DNA from: Methanoregula sp.
Lineage (GTDB): Archaea > Halobacteriota > Methanomicrobia > Methanomicrobiales > Methanospirillaceae
DNA: 64,000 nucleotides
NCBI GenBank assembly: GCA_039698055.1
Contig: JBDKTL010000007.1
Span: 32,001-96,000 of the forward strand
Direction of reading: 5' to 3'
Shown piece by piece: positions 31,910 through 41,671 of the stretch; position 1 is the first letter of the stretch; each line of letters opens with the position of its first letter. The notes beneath the pieces were generated by a model that did no database searches, was not told the origin of the DNA, and saw only the letters and a program-made list of their open reading frames with translations. Position numbers and translations under genes: made by a program.

Positions 31910-32575
31910 ATGAAAAAAATGAAAGAAGTCCCTGAACTGGACCGGCCCAGGGAAAAAATTGCCGTTAAAGGAGCTCGGGCACTTTCCGACACCGAGCTTA
32001 TCGAGGCCATCATCGGGAGGGGTGTAAAAAACAAGGATGTCCGGGAGATCGCCCGGGATATCTCGCATATCCTCAAGCTTAAAAAAACCGGGATCCGATA
32101 TGAGGATTTGCAGGAAATTGAAGGCATTGGTCCGACAAAGGCGTCCCAGATCATGGCATGTTTTGAACTGGGACGCCGGTATTTCAAGACGGATGATGCA
32201 CCGGTAAAGATCTTAAAACCTGAAGATATCATTCCGGTGGTGGCCTGGCTTCGGGACCGACACCAGGAGCATTTTGTCTGCATCACGCTCAATGGTGCAG
32301 GGGAAATGCTCAACAGCCGTACTGTAACGGTCGGTCTGTTAAATCACAGCCTTGTACACCCAAGGGAGGTGTACGCTGATGCCATCACCGACAGGGCTGC
32401 ATCGATCATCTGTGTCCACAACCATCCTTCAGGTTCCCTTGACCCAAGCAGCCAGGATATCGCCATCACCCGCCAGATCCAGGAGGCCGGCACCCTGCTT
32501 GGCATCCAGTTGCTGGACCATATCATCATCACAAAAAAAGGATTTTCAAGTATGAAAGAGCGCGGACAGCTCTGA
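31910..32575 (+). CDS. radC: RadC/JAB-domain protein
   Basis: RPREK, HhH GIGPTKA, VHPRE, HNHPSG, LLDH. Confidence 0.92.
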   Translation: MKKMKEVPELDRPREKIAVKGARALSDTELIEAIIGRGVKNKDVREIARDISHILKLKKTGIRYEDLQEIEGIGPTKASQIMACFELGRRYFKTDDAPVKILKPEDIIPVVAWLRDRHQEHFVCITLNGAGEMLNSRTVTVGLLNHSLVHPREVYADAITDRAASIICVHNHPSGSLDPSSQDIAITRQIQEAGTLLGIQLLDHIIITKKGFSSMKERGQL

Positions 32576-32640
32576 CAAGGGATGCACGATGACCTCCCCG
32601 AATTTTTAAGGGTAACGGATCCCTGATTCAGGCAGGAAAA

Positions 32641-33255
32641 CTATTCTGTCGGTTTGTGCGGCGCTGCATCAAACGTTTTTCCCAGCAAATACCCTTTTTT
32701 ATATGCCGCATCAAGAAGGTCTGGCTGTGTTTTGATTTCCCGGATAGAGTCCATATCGCTAATCAGCAATTCGTCATGATACTGGCAGTCTATGATATCA
32801 AAAAACGCCCTCACGGCCATTTTTGCGCCGACAAAAACCTCGGGGATATCCATGCCTGATATGCAGATAAAAAGACCTTTTCTCTCCATTTGCCGTTTTT
32901 TATTAAAAAAAGGCTTGTTCCGGACGTATTTTGCCATAAAAAAAACCTGGAACCGGTCCATGAACGATTTGAGCCTGCCAGGAATGCCCATCGTCATGAC
33001 CGGCGTGGCAATGATGATGCCGTCCATTTCCCTGAATTTCTGGTACATCTGCTGCATGTCGTCGTCTATAATGCAGGTTTCATGATCCCTGCAGAACATC
33101 ATCTCCATACATCCCTGGAAGTCCAGGCTGTTGACAGAGATTTTTTCGACGGTGCAACCGGCATCTGATGCTCCTTTGAGAGCCATATCGAGCAACTGTG
33201 CTGTATTTCCCTCAGAAACGGGGCTCCCGAGTAGCCCGATAACCATTTTGGTCAT
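32641..33255 (-). CDS. Flavodoxin-family (Isf-like) protein
   Basis: GSP..GNT, CMEMMFC..C, KSFMDR. Confidence 0.85.
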   Translation of the reverse strand: MTKMVIGLLGSPVSEGNTAQLLDMALKGASDAGCTVEKISVNSLDFQGCMEMMFCRDHETCIIDDDMQQMYQKFREMDGIIIATPVMTMGIPGRLKSFMDRFQVFFMAKYVRNKPFFNKKRQMERKGLFICISGMDIPEVFVGAKMAVRAFFDIIDCQYHDELLISDMDSIREIKTQPDLLDAAYKKGYLLGKTFDAAPHKPTE

Positions 33256-33367
33256 AGTAGGACTTGGGTAAAAGCCGCATTATAGCTTTTGCAAACATGG
33301 GTATGAAAGGGAGAATAATCGCCGGAAATGTGTGCATCAACACAACTGATAAATATCTTTGACGTAG

Positions 33368-33619
33368 ATGAGAAGTTTGGTGATTTTTCTGACCGAACAA
33401 AAGACATATTCAGCAGGACAGAAGGTTGGCCCGGGAAAATACGTCTGTATTGACTGCGGCAAGGAATATACCCTTGACAAGAGCGAGCAGGATCTCCGGA
33501 AATGCCCGTCCTGTTCCTGCGAAGAATACCAGTGCTTTCCCATGACTCACATCCGCCCGGATATCAAGACACCCGAAGACGCCAGAAATCCGCCAAAACG
33601 CGGGAAAAGCAACCAGTAA
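33368..33619 (+). CDS. Small zinc-ribbon/rubredoxin-like protein (start uncertain)
   Basis: GPGKYVCIDCG...CPSC. Confidence 0.7.
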   Translation: MRSLVIFLTEQKTYSAGQKVGPGKYVCIDCGKEYTLDKSEQDLRKCPSCSCEEYQCFPMTHIRPDIKTPEDARNPPKRGKSNQ

Positions 33620-33751
33620 CCACTTATTTTTTACCGGCCGTACTGCTATCTGAATGCTGGTGGGGCACGCCACAGGAATTCGTGCAATTGTCAACCGGCA
33701 GGAGGGGCCTTTACCATTCCGTTGCCGGTTCTTGAAGGGAACGTTTTCATC

Positions 33752-33880
33752 ATGGTTAACGTGTCAAAAGAAGGACAGGTCTTCAAATGCGAGATCTGTG
33801 GAAATGTTGTTATCGTGAAAGAAGCCGGAGGCGGGGAATTAATCTGCTGCGGCGAACCAATGCAACTGGAGAGTGATTGA
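33752..33880 (+). CDS. Desulforedoxin (stand-alone FeS4 domain), 42 aa
   Basis: Below the ORF-track cutoff: [42 protein letters not shown]. Confidence 0.92.
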   Translation: MVNVSKEGQVFKCEICGNVVIVKEAGGGELICCGEPMQLESD

Positions 33881-33882
33881 TT

Positions 33883-34272
33883 ATGGTAAAAAAAGTATCG
33901 GCTATTAAGAAAGTGACGGCAAAAAAGGATACGGCAAAAGACCTCAAAGACCTCGAGAAGAAGATCGGAAAAGTGCCGAAATTCTTCAAGGAACTGACCA
34001 TTAAAGATCCCGATATGTACGAGATGGTAATGAAGTTTGAGAAGCATATCTGGGACGACGGGAAATTGTCACGGAAGACAAAGAAGCTGATCGCAATTGC
34101 CATCGCCGCTGCACTCCGTGACCAGCACGCGGTTCGTGCCCAGCTTGCCGGTGCAGCTAACCTTGGGGTTACCAAAGCAGAGATCGAGGAAGCACTCCGT
34201 GTGACCTTCCTGCTCTCAGGTATGCCCGCATACGTGTACGGCAAGGCGCAGATGGATGATGTGATGAAGTAA
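33883..34272 (+). CDS. Carboxymuconolactone decarboxylase/AhpD-like protein
   Basis: LSRKTKKLIAIAIA, GVTKAEIEEAL, SGMP; contains no Cys. Confidence 0.82.
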   Translation: MVKKVSAIKKVTAKKDTAKDLKDLEKKIGKVPKFFKELTIKDPDMYEMVMKFEKHIWDDGKLSRKTKKLIAIAIAAALRDQHAVRAQLAGAANLGVTKAEIEEALRVTFLLSGMPAYVYGKAQMDDVMK

Positions 34273-34285
34273 CGGGGGAGACCCC

Positions 34286-34930
34286 ATGGAAGAAGAGACT
34301 TGTATCAGTTTCCCGGTGCTCGGAGAACCCGCACCGGACTTTGAAGCGGAGACAACGCAGGGTCCAATTAAACTTTCTGACCAGAAGGGAAAATGGGTGG
34401 TGCTTTTTTCGCATCCTGCCGATTTTACTCCCGTGTGTACTACCGAGTTCATGGCATTTGCCGCAATCCATGATGAGCTTGTAGCGCTCAATGTCAAACT
34501 GATTGGACTTTCAGTGGACAGTATATCGGCACATCTTGCCTGGCTGCACAACATCAAGGAGAAGATGGGGGTAACCGTTCCGTTTCCGGTTATTGCTGAC
34601 CTGAATATGAAGGTAGCAAAAAAATACGGCATGATCCACCCGAGCCAGAGCTCGACAGCGGCAGTAAGATGTGTGTTCTTTATCGATGATAAGGGGATTA
34701 TGAGGGCGATGATCTACTACCCATTGCAAAACGGGCGGTTCATGCCTGAGATTATTCGTCTTGTCAAAGCACTCCAGATGACGGACAAGAATAAAGTGTC
34801 CACACCTGCCAACTGGCAGCCGGGCGATAAAGTAGTTGTGGCGCCCCCTAAAACCGCTGCCGAAATGGAGAAGCGCTTAAGTGAAGGGTACGAATGCAAA
34901 GACTGGTACCTGTGCTTTAAGAAAGTATAA
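34286..34930 (+). CDS. Peroxiredoxin (Prx6/archaeal type)
   Basis: HPADFTPVCTTE, TPANWQPG, C-terminal CKDWYLC. Confidence 0.95.
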   Translation: MEEETCISFPVLGEPAPDFEAETTQGPIKLSDQKGKWVVLFSHPADFTPVCTTEFMAFAAIHDELVALNVKLIGLSVDSISAHLAWLHNIKEKMGVTVPFPVIADLNMKVAKKYGMIHPSQSSTAAVRCVFFIDDKGIMRAMIYYPLQNGRFMPEIIRLVKALQMTDKNKVSTPANWQPGDKVVVAPPKTAAEMEKRLSEGYECKDWYLCFKKV

Positions 34931-35114
34931 GATGCCCGGGTTTATCTTCAGGAAAATCTCTTTTTCATATTTTTTTGCTCTCGTGAGAAGTTTTAAGGCT
35001 CCCGGGACCTCTTAAACCCCGATGCGATGAGAGGAGACATGTTGCCTGATGATAAATATAGCTTAAACCCTGTTTCTCCGGTAAAAAAACATGATGGATA
35101 AGAAATTTTTTTTT

Positions 35115-36602
35115 TTAAATTATTATTGGCCCCTCATCGTCGGGCTTGTCAAGATAATCCGGGTGGATCTCACTCTTTGCTACGATTGCAAGGATGAGGA
35201 TAACAATTCCAAGGACAAACGACAGAAGGAATGCAAAGTCAAAGCCGGCCGAGAGGACTTTGCGTTGAATATCGACCGGTGCTGACCGGGTAACATCATA
35301 ATTTGCTGCAATGGTGGCAATTCCTTGGACAAAGATCAGGTTAAAGGCAGCAATACCGAGGGTAAGCGGTGCAAACCGTTCGAGACTTGTCAGGCTCGAT
35401 ATCATTCCCTGTTTTGATTTTGCGACTGAATTCATGATCATGTTTGAAACAGGAGTAATCATCAAGCCAAGACCAAAACCAATGAGTACCAGGCTTGAAA
35501 CAACGAATCCCGCTGATGTGTCGGTATGGAGCCGGGTCATCATGAAGTACCCAACCATCAGCGGAATGGCAGCCGATATGCAGAGTATCCGGGGACCCAG
35601 CCGGTTATACAATACCCCTGAAAGGATGCCGGCACCCATCATGGCAAACGAGAGGGAGGTCATGATCAGCCCTGCGGAGGAAGTGTCATAACTGCGGACA
35701 TACTTGAGATAAAATGGCAGGAGATAGTTGATCCCAGAAAAGCTGAAAAAAACCAACGACAGAAGCAGGTTCGTCACAAGAAAATTCCGGTTGTGGAAAA
35801 GGCTGAAATCGAGCAGTGGGTCAGCCGCATTTAATTCGTGCACGACGAACCATGCAAGGGTTACCACGGCAATGAAGGCGAGACTCAAAATGGGCAGTGA
35901 CAGCCAGCCAAGGGTTGCGCCTTCTGACACGACGAAGAGAAGCGAGGCCAGACCCACAAATACCAGGCCGGCGCCGATACGATCAAACCCGGTCAGTTTC
36001 ACCTGTCCAATTGATTCAGGGATGACTTTTGCGCCCAAAATGACCGCAAAAATACCTACGGGTACATTGATGAAGAATATCCAGTGCCATGAAAGATACT
36101 GGGTCAGGACACCGCCGATAGTCGGGCCAAGGGCTGTGCCGAGTGCAGCAAACGTCATGACAATGCCCATCGCCTTTCCTTTTTGTTTCATCGGGATATA
36201 GGCAGCAATCATGGCAGGGGCTATTGCCGTTATCATCGCCCCGCCAACGGCCTGGAGAACCCGTGAGCCGATAAGGGAGGGGAACCCGCCGATAATTTCC
36301 GGTAAAAGGCCGCAGAAAAAAGAGCCAAGAGTGAAAATGGCAAAGCCGGAGAGGAATACTTTTTTGAACCCGATCATATCGGATATCTTACCAAAGACAA
36401 GGACACAGCCGGCCATCACCAGCAGGTATGACGTGGCAACCCAGCTGACGGTGCTCGAAGAGAGGTTAAACGCTTCGGAGATAGTCGGGAGGGCAATATT
36501 GACGATCGTACCGTCAAGACCTGACATAAACGTGGCAAGCGAGATGGAGACGATGAGGAGCCCCAAACCAGCCCCCATGTTCCTGCAACCGGTATTTCCC
36601 AT
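35115..36602 (-). CDS. MFS drug:H+ antiporter (DHA2)
   Basis: LDGTIVNIALP, GKISDMIGFK, WHWIFFINVP. Confidence 0.9.
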   Translation of the reverse strand: MGNTGCRNMGAGLGLLIVSISLATFMSGLDGTIVNIALPTISEAFNLSSSTVSWVATSYLLVMAGCVLVFGKISDMIGFKKVFLSGFAIFTLGSFFCGLLPEIIGGFPSLIGSRVLQAVGGAMITAIAPAMIAAYIPMKQKGKAMGIVMTFAALGTALGPTIGGVLTQYLSWHWIFFINVPVGIFAVILGAKVIPESIGQVKLTGFDRIGAGLVFVGLASLLFVVSEGATLGWLSLPILSLAFIAVVTLAWFVVHELNAADPLLDFSLFHNRNFLVTNLLLSLVFFSFSGINYLLPFYLKYVRSYDTSSAGLIMTSLSFAMMGAGILSGVLYNRLGPRILCISAAIPLMVGYFMMTRLHTDTSAGFVVSSLVLIGFGLGLMITPVSNMIMNSVAKSKQGMISSLTSLERFAPLTLGIAAFNLIFVQGIATIAANYDVTRSAPVDIQRKVLSAGFDFAFLLSFVLGIVILILAIVAKSEIHPDYLDKPDDEGPIII

Positions 36603-36837
36603 TGGTAAATATTACCAACTCTTCTTCATGAGAGTTGTGTTATGGAGACGACATTTAATCGGCAAAAATGCCGACATCCATTGTATGGTTGTAGGGAGCC
36701 TTCGGGAATACCGGTTCTTAAAAAAAAGATGCCGTCTGACAATTTGCATACGTCAAATGCCATTTACTGTAACCGGCTCTTTTTAATCCCTGCTCCCAAT
36801 CCAATCTTTTTTCACCCCGTATCGCCAAGCATCATCT

Positions 36838-37464
36838 ATGCCTATTAAAGTCCTCGCGTTTGCAGGCAGCCCGCGCCGGCATGGCAATTCGGAGACACTT
36901 CTTGACTGGGTACTGGCCAGCATGAGCGGGGAGCCGGATGTCGTGGTGGAAAAAGTCGCCCTCACTCAGGCAGATATCAACCCCTGCCGAGGCTGTAACG
37001 CGTGCGAAAAGCTTAACAAATGCATCCAGCGCGACGGGATGGTCATCTACCATGACAAAATTGTCGAGGCGGACTGCATCGTGCTCTCATCACCAATTTT
37101 TTGTATGGGACTTGCATCGCAGGTAAAAGCACTTGTAGACCGGGCCCAGGTCTTCAGGTCCCGGAAATATGTGCTCAAACTCCCCATCGTCCCTCCCGAA
37201 CGGAAAGGAAAGCGCCTCGGCGTGTTCCTTTCAACCGCAGGACAGGACTGGCCGAATGTTTTTGATGCGGCGGTCCCTTCGGTAAAATGCTTCTACCATG
37301 TGATCGACATAAAAGACGCAGATATCAGGTACCTGATGATCAACGGGGTGGATGAGAAAGGAGCAATCGATCGGCATCCCACTGCACAGGCAGATGCAGC
37401 AAAACTCGGGATAGCCGTGATTGCCGACCTCAGGGAACGGCTGGCTACAGGTGAGCAGGCATGA
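36838..37464 (+). CDS. Flavodoxin-family/iron-sulfur flavoprotein
   Basis: GSPRRHGNS, CRGCNAC.....C. Confidence 0.88.
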   Translation: MPIKVLAFAGSPRRHGNSETLLDWVLASMSGEPDVVVEKVALTQADINPCRGCNACEKLNKCIQRDGMVIYHDKIVEADCIVLSSPIFCMGLASQVKALVDRAQVFRSRKYVLKLPIVPPERKGKRLGVFLSTAGQDWPNVFDAAVPSVKCFYHVIDIKDADIRYLMINGVDEKGAIDRHPTAQADAAKLGIAVIADLRERLATGEQA

Positions 37465-38066
37465 CGGTCACCGTTCTTGGCATCTCCGGGAGTCCTCACC
37501 GGCATGGGAATACGGAAACGCTGCTTGACAGTTTCCTTGACGGGGCGAGAGCGGCTGGTGCGACGGTTGAGAAAGTCGTGCTCAAGGAATTCCAGTATTC
37601 GCCCTGCCGGGGGTGCAACGCCTGCCATAAAACCGGTAAATGTGTTGTTAAGGACGACGCAGTTGCGATCTTTGATAAAATTCTTGCGGCAGACTGCCTT
37701 GCTGTCGCTTCTCCCATCTATAGCATGGGCATCACCGCTGAACTCAAAGGTCTTATCGACAGGGGACAATATCTCTGGGCACGCAAATTCATATTAAAAA
37801 CCCTCTTCTTTACCGATGAACATATCAAACGCCACAAAGCACTGTTCATCTCTACCGCCGGCCAGTCATGGGATCATGTATTTGACGGGGCATTTCCCAT
37901 GGTCACGGCACTTTTTAACGGCGTCGGGTTTGAATATTATGACAATATCATCGCCAACAACATGGACAAGTACGGCGGGATTAAAAACCACCCGACCGCG
38001 ATAAAGGATGCATTCCTGAAAGGCCAGAAAGTCGTGCATGTGCTGGAAAAACTCCAGCAACAATAA
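37461..38066 (+). CDS. Flavodoxin-family/iron-sulfur flavoprotein (tandem paralog)
   Basis: GSPHRHGNT, CRGCNAC.....C; ATGA overlap. Confidence 0.88.
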   Translation: MTVTVLGISGSPHRHGNTETLLDSFLDGARAAGATVEKVVLKEFQYSPCRGCNACHKTGKCVVKDDAVAIFDKILAADCLAVASPIYSMGITAELKGLIDRGQYLWARKFILKTLFFTDEHIKRHKALFISTAGQSWDHVFDGAFPMVTALFNGVGFEYYDNIIANNMDKYGGIKNHPTAIKDAFLKGQKVVHVLEKLQQQ

Positions 38067-38131
38067 TTCCTGCACGAGTATCCAAAAATTGTATTTGTAT
38101 AATGTCAAGCGGGACTATCCGATAAAAAAAA

Positions 38132-38788
38132 TTAGACGAAATAATAAAATGACGCGATCAGAACACCGAACGCTGCGACGATAAGGGTTACAAAGACCGG
38201 CACGTTCCAGGACAGTACTTTCCTCCCGTCCAGCACACTGACCGGCAACATATTGAACGCTGCAATCATCGCGTTGACCTGAAGCCCGATCATGCCGACC
38301 AGAGTTATGAGATTCGCGCCTGAACCACCAAACGTGACGCCGTAAAAGAACAGGCCGGCAAACGGGATGCAGAGAAGCAGGTTCGTGATCGGTCCTGCTG
38401 CAGAGATCTTTCCGTTCTCTTCCCGGCTGATTCCTCTTCCATCGGTTGGATTATTGTAGATGACGGTTGCTCCGGGCGCTGCAAAAACCACCCCGACAAG
38501 GGACGCAAGAGCAACAGCCACAAGCAGCATCATGTTGTCCTTGCGGAATTCCGCCCAGTACCCGAATTTTATCGCGGTAAACTTATGTGCCATCTCGTGA
38601 AGAATAAACCCGATACCGACGGTTACAAGGGAGATGCCAAAATAGATAAGTGCGGTCGCTGCAGTGACCCGGCCATTGAAATTGAGAATTCCGCCAGGGG
38701 AGATAAATATAATCGTAAACGAGAGGGCTATAGCCAGCCATGCAATAAAGAGGTCCGCTTCTTCGCGCCGGTGGATACGTTCTAGCAT
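38132..38788 (-). CDS. Site-2/M50 intramembrane metalloprotease
   Basis: HEMAH, AAGP, NMLP..LDG. Confidence 0.9.
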   Translation of the reverse strand: MLERIHRREEADLFIAWLAIALSFTIIFISPGGILNFNGRVTAATALIYFGISLVTVGIGFILHEMAHKFTAIKFGYWAEFRKDNMMLLVAVALASLVGVVFAAPGATVIYNNPTDGRGISREENGKISAAGPITNLLLCIPFAGLFFYGVTFGGSGANLITLVGMIGLQVNAMIAAFNMLPVSVLDGRKVLSWNVPVFVTLIVAAFGVLIASFYYFV

Positions 38789-38887
38789 GAGATCACTGGA
38801 TCAGATAGGGTGGTTCTTGCATATCTGTTTTTAGAGCAGCCATCCGGGTCATCATATTTATCCCTTGTTCCTGCCCATTACTTGCAT

Positions 38888-39187
38888 ATGTCTTTGGAGG
38901 AAGTCAGGGCGGAGATCACTCATATTGACGAGGAGATCATCCAGCTCATCGCACAGCGTCAGGCGCTTGCCGGAAAAATTGCAGCAATCAAGCAGGAGGC
39001 CAGTGTTTCGGTTCATGATCGCCAGAGAAAAAACGATGTTCTCGCATACGTCATGCAGGTTGCAAAGGAGAAAGGTATTGATCCCGCCCCGGTAAAAACC
39101 ATCTTTGAAACACTGATCGCCATGAATGAAAAACAACAGCATGCCATCATAGGAAAGAAATCCCCGTCAGGAAAAACCAGCCGGTAA
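38888..39187 (+). CDS. Chorismate mutase (AroQ)
   Basis: LEEVRAEITHIDEEIIQLIAQR...K. Confidence 0.85.
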   Translation: MSLEEVRAEITHIDEEIIQLIAQRQALAGKIAAIKQEASVSVHDRQRKNDVLAYVMQVAKEKGIDPAPVKTIFETLIAMNEKQQHAIIGKKSPSGKTSR

Positions 39188-39254
39188 TTACCTGAAATTT
39201 TTTTCTATACTTACTGTTCTTTTTTTTTAATGAGACGGGAATCTGTCCCGTCTT

Positions 39255-40334
39255 TTACAAAAACACCGGACTTGCGAGGATAATGATACCGACAAGTATC
39301 ATGGCAATACCGATTGCCAGCCGGAGCATCCGGCGGTTTTCCAGTCTCCACATATTCACCTGTTCAGGAGGTATACCAAACACAACCAACAGCAGGATCA
39401 GGATCAAGGGCAGGATGAAGATAAAATTATACAGGACGAGATACGGCAATCCCTGTGAAAGCGTAAGGCTGTTGCTCATAAGCCCAAGTATTGCTAGGTA
39501 AATACCACCGGTACAGGGCAGTTCGAAGATCCCAACAAGGACACCCAGAACAAAAGCGGCGGGCAGGGTTGCCACTTTGATGTACCGGTCGATTAACGGT
39601 TTTCTGGATTCCGGAATAGCAAGGATAAATCCCTGCTTGTGGCGGAGGGTATCGATGATATTCACGATCCCGAGGATGATGGAAAGGATCGCAGCTGCCG
39701 TCGCAATCAGGGACGATATGCCGGAGACATGGACAAAGGAAAATATCCCAATACCCGAGAGAAAGTAGAAGCAGAAGACGGCGATAATATAGGTACTTCC
39801 CACCATCAGGACCTGTCGCCGGCTCTGGAGCGACACGATCGACAGGAGCAGGATGATCAGCACTGAGAAAGCACAGGGATTGACGCTGTCGATCAGGGCA
39901 CAGGAAATGATGAGCGGTAGTGTTAATGCAGTTGCTACTCCGGGACAATTACCCGACGCGGAAACATTTGACGGGCTGCCCGGCACCACTCCCTGCTGCT
40001 GTTCAAGAATTGCCTGCTCAAGATCCTCGCGGATCTGTCCTTCTCCGACAAGCGCATGTGAGCCGATAATAAGTGTGGGTACACCGGGACTGGGGATGCC
40101 AAATGCCTGAATCATCCGGGAAAATGTTTGCTGGTTTGTACTGTTATGATATACTTCAAGCATCTGGAGATCAAGGAATGGGTAGCGGGACTGGACATCG
40201 GCAAGATATGGTTTAACGTTATCGCAATGGGCGCATCCATCGCCATAAAAAAAATACCCGGTGATCTGTTCGGATTGGTTTGCCCGGATTGCAGGAGAAA
40301 AAGAGGAGATGATTTGAGAGGGATCGGTCTCATT
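39255..40334 (-). CDS. Thioredoxin-fold (CAHC) plus CcdA/DsbD-type membrane domain; frame has no canonical start upstream of the CxxC
   Basis: The frame extends 57 codons upstream of the ORF-track ATG (40163): NETDPSQIISSFSPAIRANQSEQITGYFFYGDGCAHC...; membrane part has NPCAF and LPCTGG. Confidence 0.75.
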   Translation of the reverse strand, partial: NETDPSQIISSFSPAIRANQSEQITGYFFYGDGCAHCDNVKPYLADVQSRYPFLDLQMLEVYHNSTNQQTFSRMIQAFGIPSPGVPTLIIGSHALVGEGQIREDLEQAILEQQQGVVPGSPSNVSASGNCPGVATALTLPLIISCALIDSVNPCAFSVLIILLLSIVSLQSRRQVLMVGSTYIIAVFCFYFLSGIGIFSFVHVSGISSLIATAAAILSIILGIVNIIDTLRHKQGFILAIPESRKPLIDRYIKVATLPAAFVLGVLVGIFELPCTGGIYLAILGLMSNSLTLSQGLPYLVLYNFIFILPLILILLLVVFGIPPEQVNMWRLENRRMLRLAIGIAMILVGIIILASPVFL

Positions 40335-40735
40335 TATTTTTTTTTTAATTGTTCGAGAATCAGCCCCTCAAGTTTGTCGGGAATGTCACGTTCACCAACA
40401 AGCACCGTCTTTCCGATGATCACTTCAGGAACACCCGGGGCTGAGATGCCTGCCTTGTTATTCATCTCAACATAGATCTCCTGATTTGTCTGGTTATGCC
40501 AGGTTTCAAGGATCTGGAAATTGACATCAGGATATTTTTTTGTCAGGTTAAGAATAAACGGCATCACGACATGGCAATGCGAGCACTCCTCGCCATAAAA
40601 AAAATAGACGACCGGGTTTCCCGCAGTGATGGCGGTATCTTCAGCCGGGTGAAGGATACTCCCGGCAAATACTGCAAGACAACCAATGATGACAACAATA
40701 ACCAGAGCGACACAAATTTTCAGGATTTTATCCAT
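40334..40735 (-). CDS. Membrane-anchored thioredoxin/glutaredoxin-fold protein (CSHC)
   Basis: N-terminal TM, FFYGEECSHC, GVP; ends TTA AAA AAA AAA TAA. Confidence 0.85.
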   Translation of the reverse strand: MDKILKICVALVIVVIIGCLAVFAGSILHPAEDTAITAGNPVVYFFYGEECSHCHVVMPFILNLTKKYPDVNFQILETWHNQTNQEIYVEMNNKAGISAPGVPEVIIGKTVLVGERDIPDKLEGLILEQLKKK

Positions 40736-40795
40736 CTGGTACTCCTGTTCTTTTATTGAAAGTATATTCATTTAAAAGATTGGCAGGTAAAAAAA

Positions 40796-41671
40796 TTATT
40801 TCAGGGAGATCATCGTCCCGACACCATCATGGGTGAACAGCTCAAGGAGCAGGTTGTGCTCCACATTCCCGTTGATAATATGGGAATAAGGGACTCCATT
40901 TTCCACGGCTTTGATGACGGACTGGACTTTTGGGATCATTCCCTCCCCTATTTCCCCGGATTTGAACATTGAGTGCGCTTCCACAATAGTCAGTTTCCTG
41001 TATACCTGGGTGCGTTTGGCATCCATAACACCATCCACATCGGTCATGTTGATCAGTTTGAACGCTTTAAGGGCAACCGCGATATCCCCTGCCGCCGTAT
41101 CTGCATTGATATTCAGGATGCCTCCAAACCGATCGATGGCGATAGGGGATACGACAGGTATATAGTCCCGTTCGAGCAGTGTCGTGAGAAGAGCCGGATC
41201 AATCCACTCGATCTCGCCGACGTGACCGAGATCCACTTCCTTTTCCACACCCTTATCCGTCACTTTCTGGGGGTCCATCTTTCGGGCAATGATCATGTTC
41301 CCGTCGCTGCCAGACAGCCCGACACCCCGTGCACCACATTTTGCAATCAGGGATACGATGCCTTTATTGATCTTTCCCACGAGCACCATCTGGGCAATTT
41401 CGAGGGTCTCTGCATCAGTTACCCGCAGGCCTCCGACAAACACGGATTCCTTGCCAAGCGCTTTCATCTTCTCGGAGATTTCAGGCCCGCCTCCGTGAAC
41501 GAGCACAACATGGATTCCCACGTAATGCAGGAGCACCGCGTCCCTGATGGCATTCTCAAGGACAACCGGGTCCACCATTGCATGCCCGCCGAGTTTTATG
41601 ACAATCGTCTTGCCATGGAACTGCTGGATATACGGGAGGGCTTCCATGAGGACGTCCTCGCGCTTCATCAT
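40796..41671 (-). CDS. argB: Acetylglutamate kinase
   Basis: IKLGG, VHGGGP, GLRVTD, NINAD, GMIPK. Confidence 0.96.
   Translation of the reverse strand: MMKREDVLMEALPYIQQFHGKTIVIKLGGHAMVDPVVLENAIRDAVLLHYVGIHVVLVHGGGPEISEKMKALGKESVFVGGLRVTDAETLEIAQMVLVGKINKGIVSLIAKCGARGVGLSGSDGNMIIARKMDPQKVTDKGVEKEVDLGHVGEIEWIDPALLTTLLERDYIPVVSPIAIDRFGGILNINADTAAGDIAVALKAFKLINMTDVDGVMDAKRTQVYRKLTIVEAHSMFKSGEIGEGMIPKVQSVIKAVENGVPYSHIINGNVEHNLLLELFTHDGVGTMISLK

Noticed and set aside
35020-35075. Possible C/D-box sRNA or fluoride riboswitch (GCGATGA...CTGATGA)
   Set aside because: No terminal CTGA D box, no fluoride-riboswitch core, and it is not upstream of a gene.
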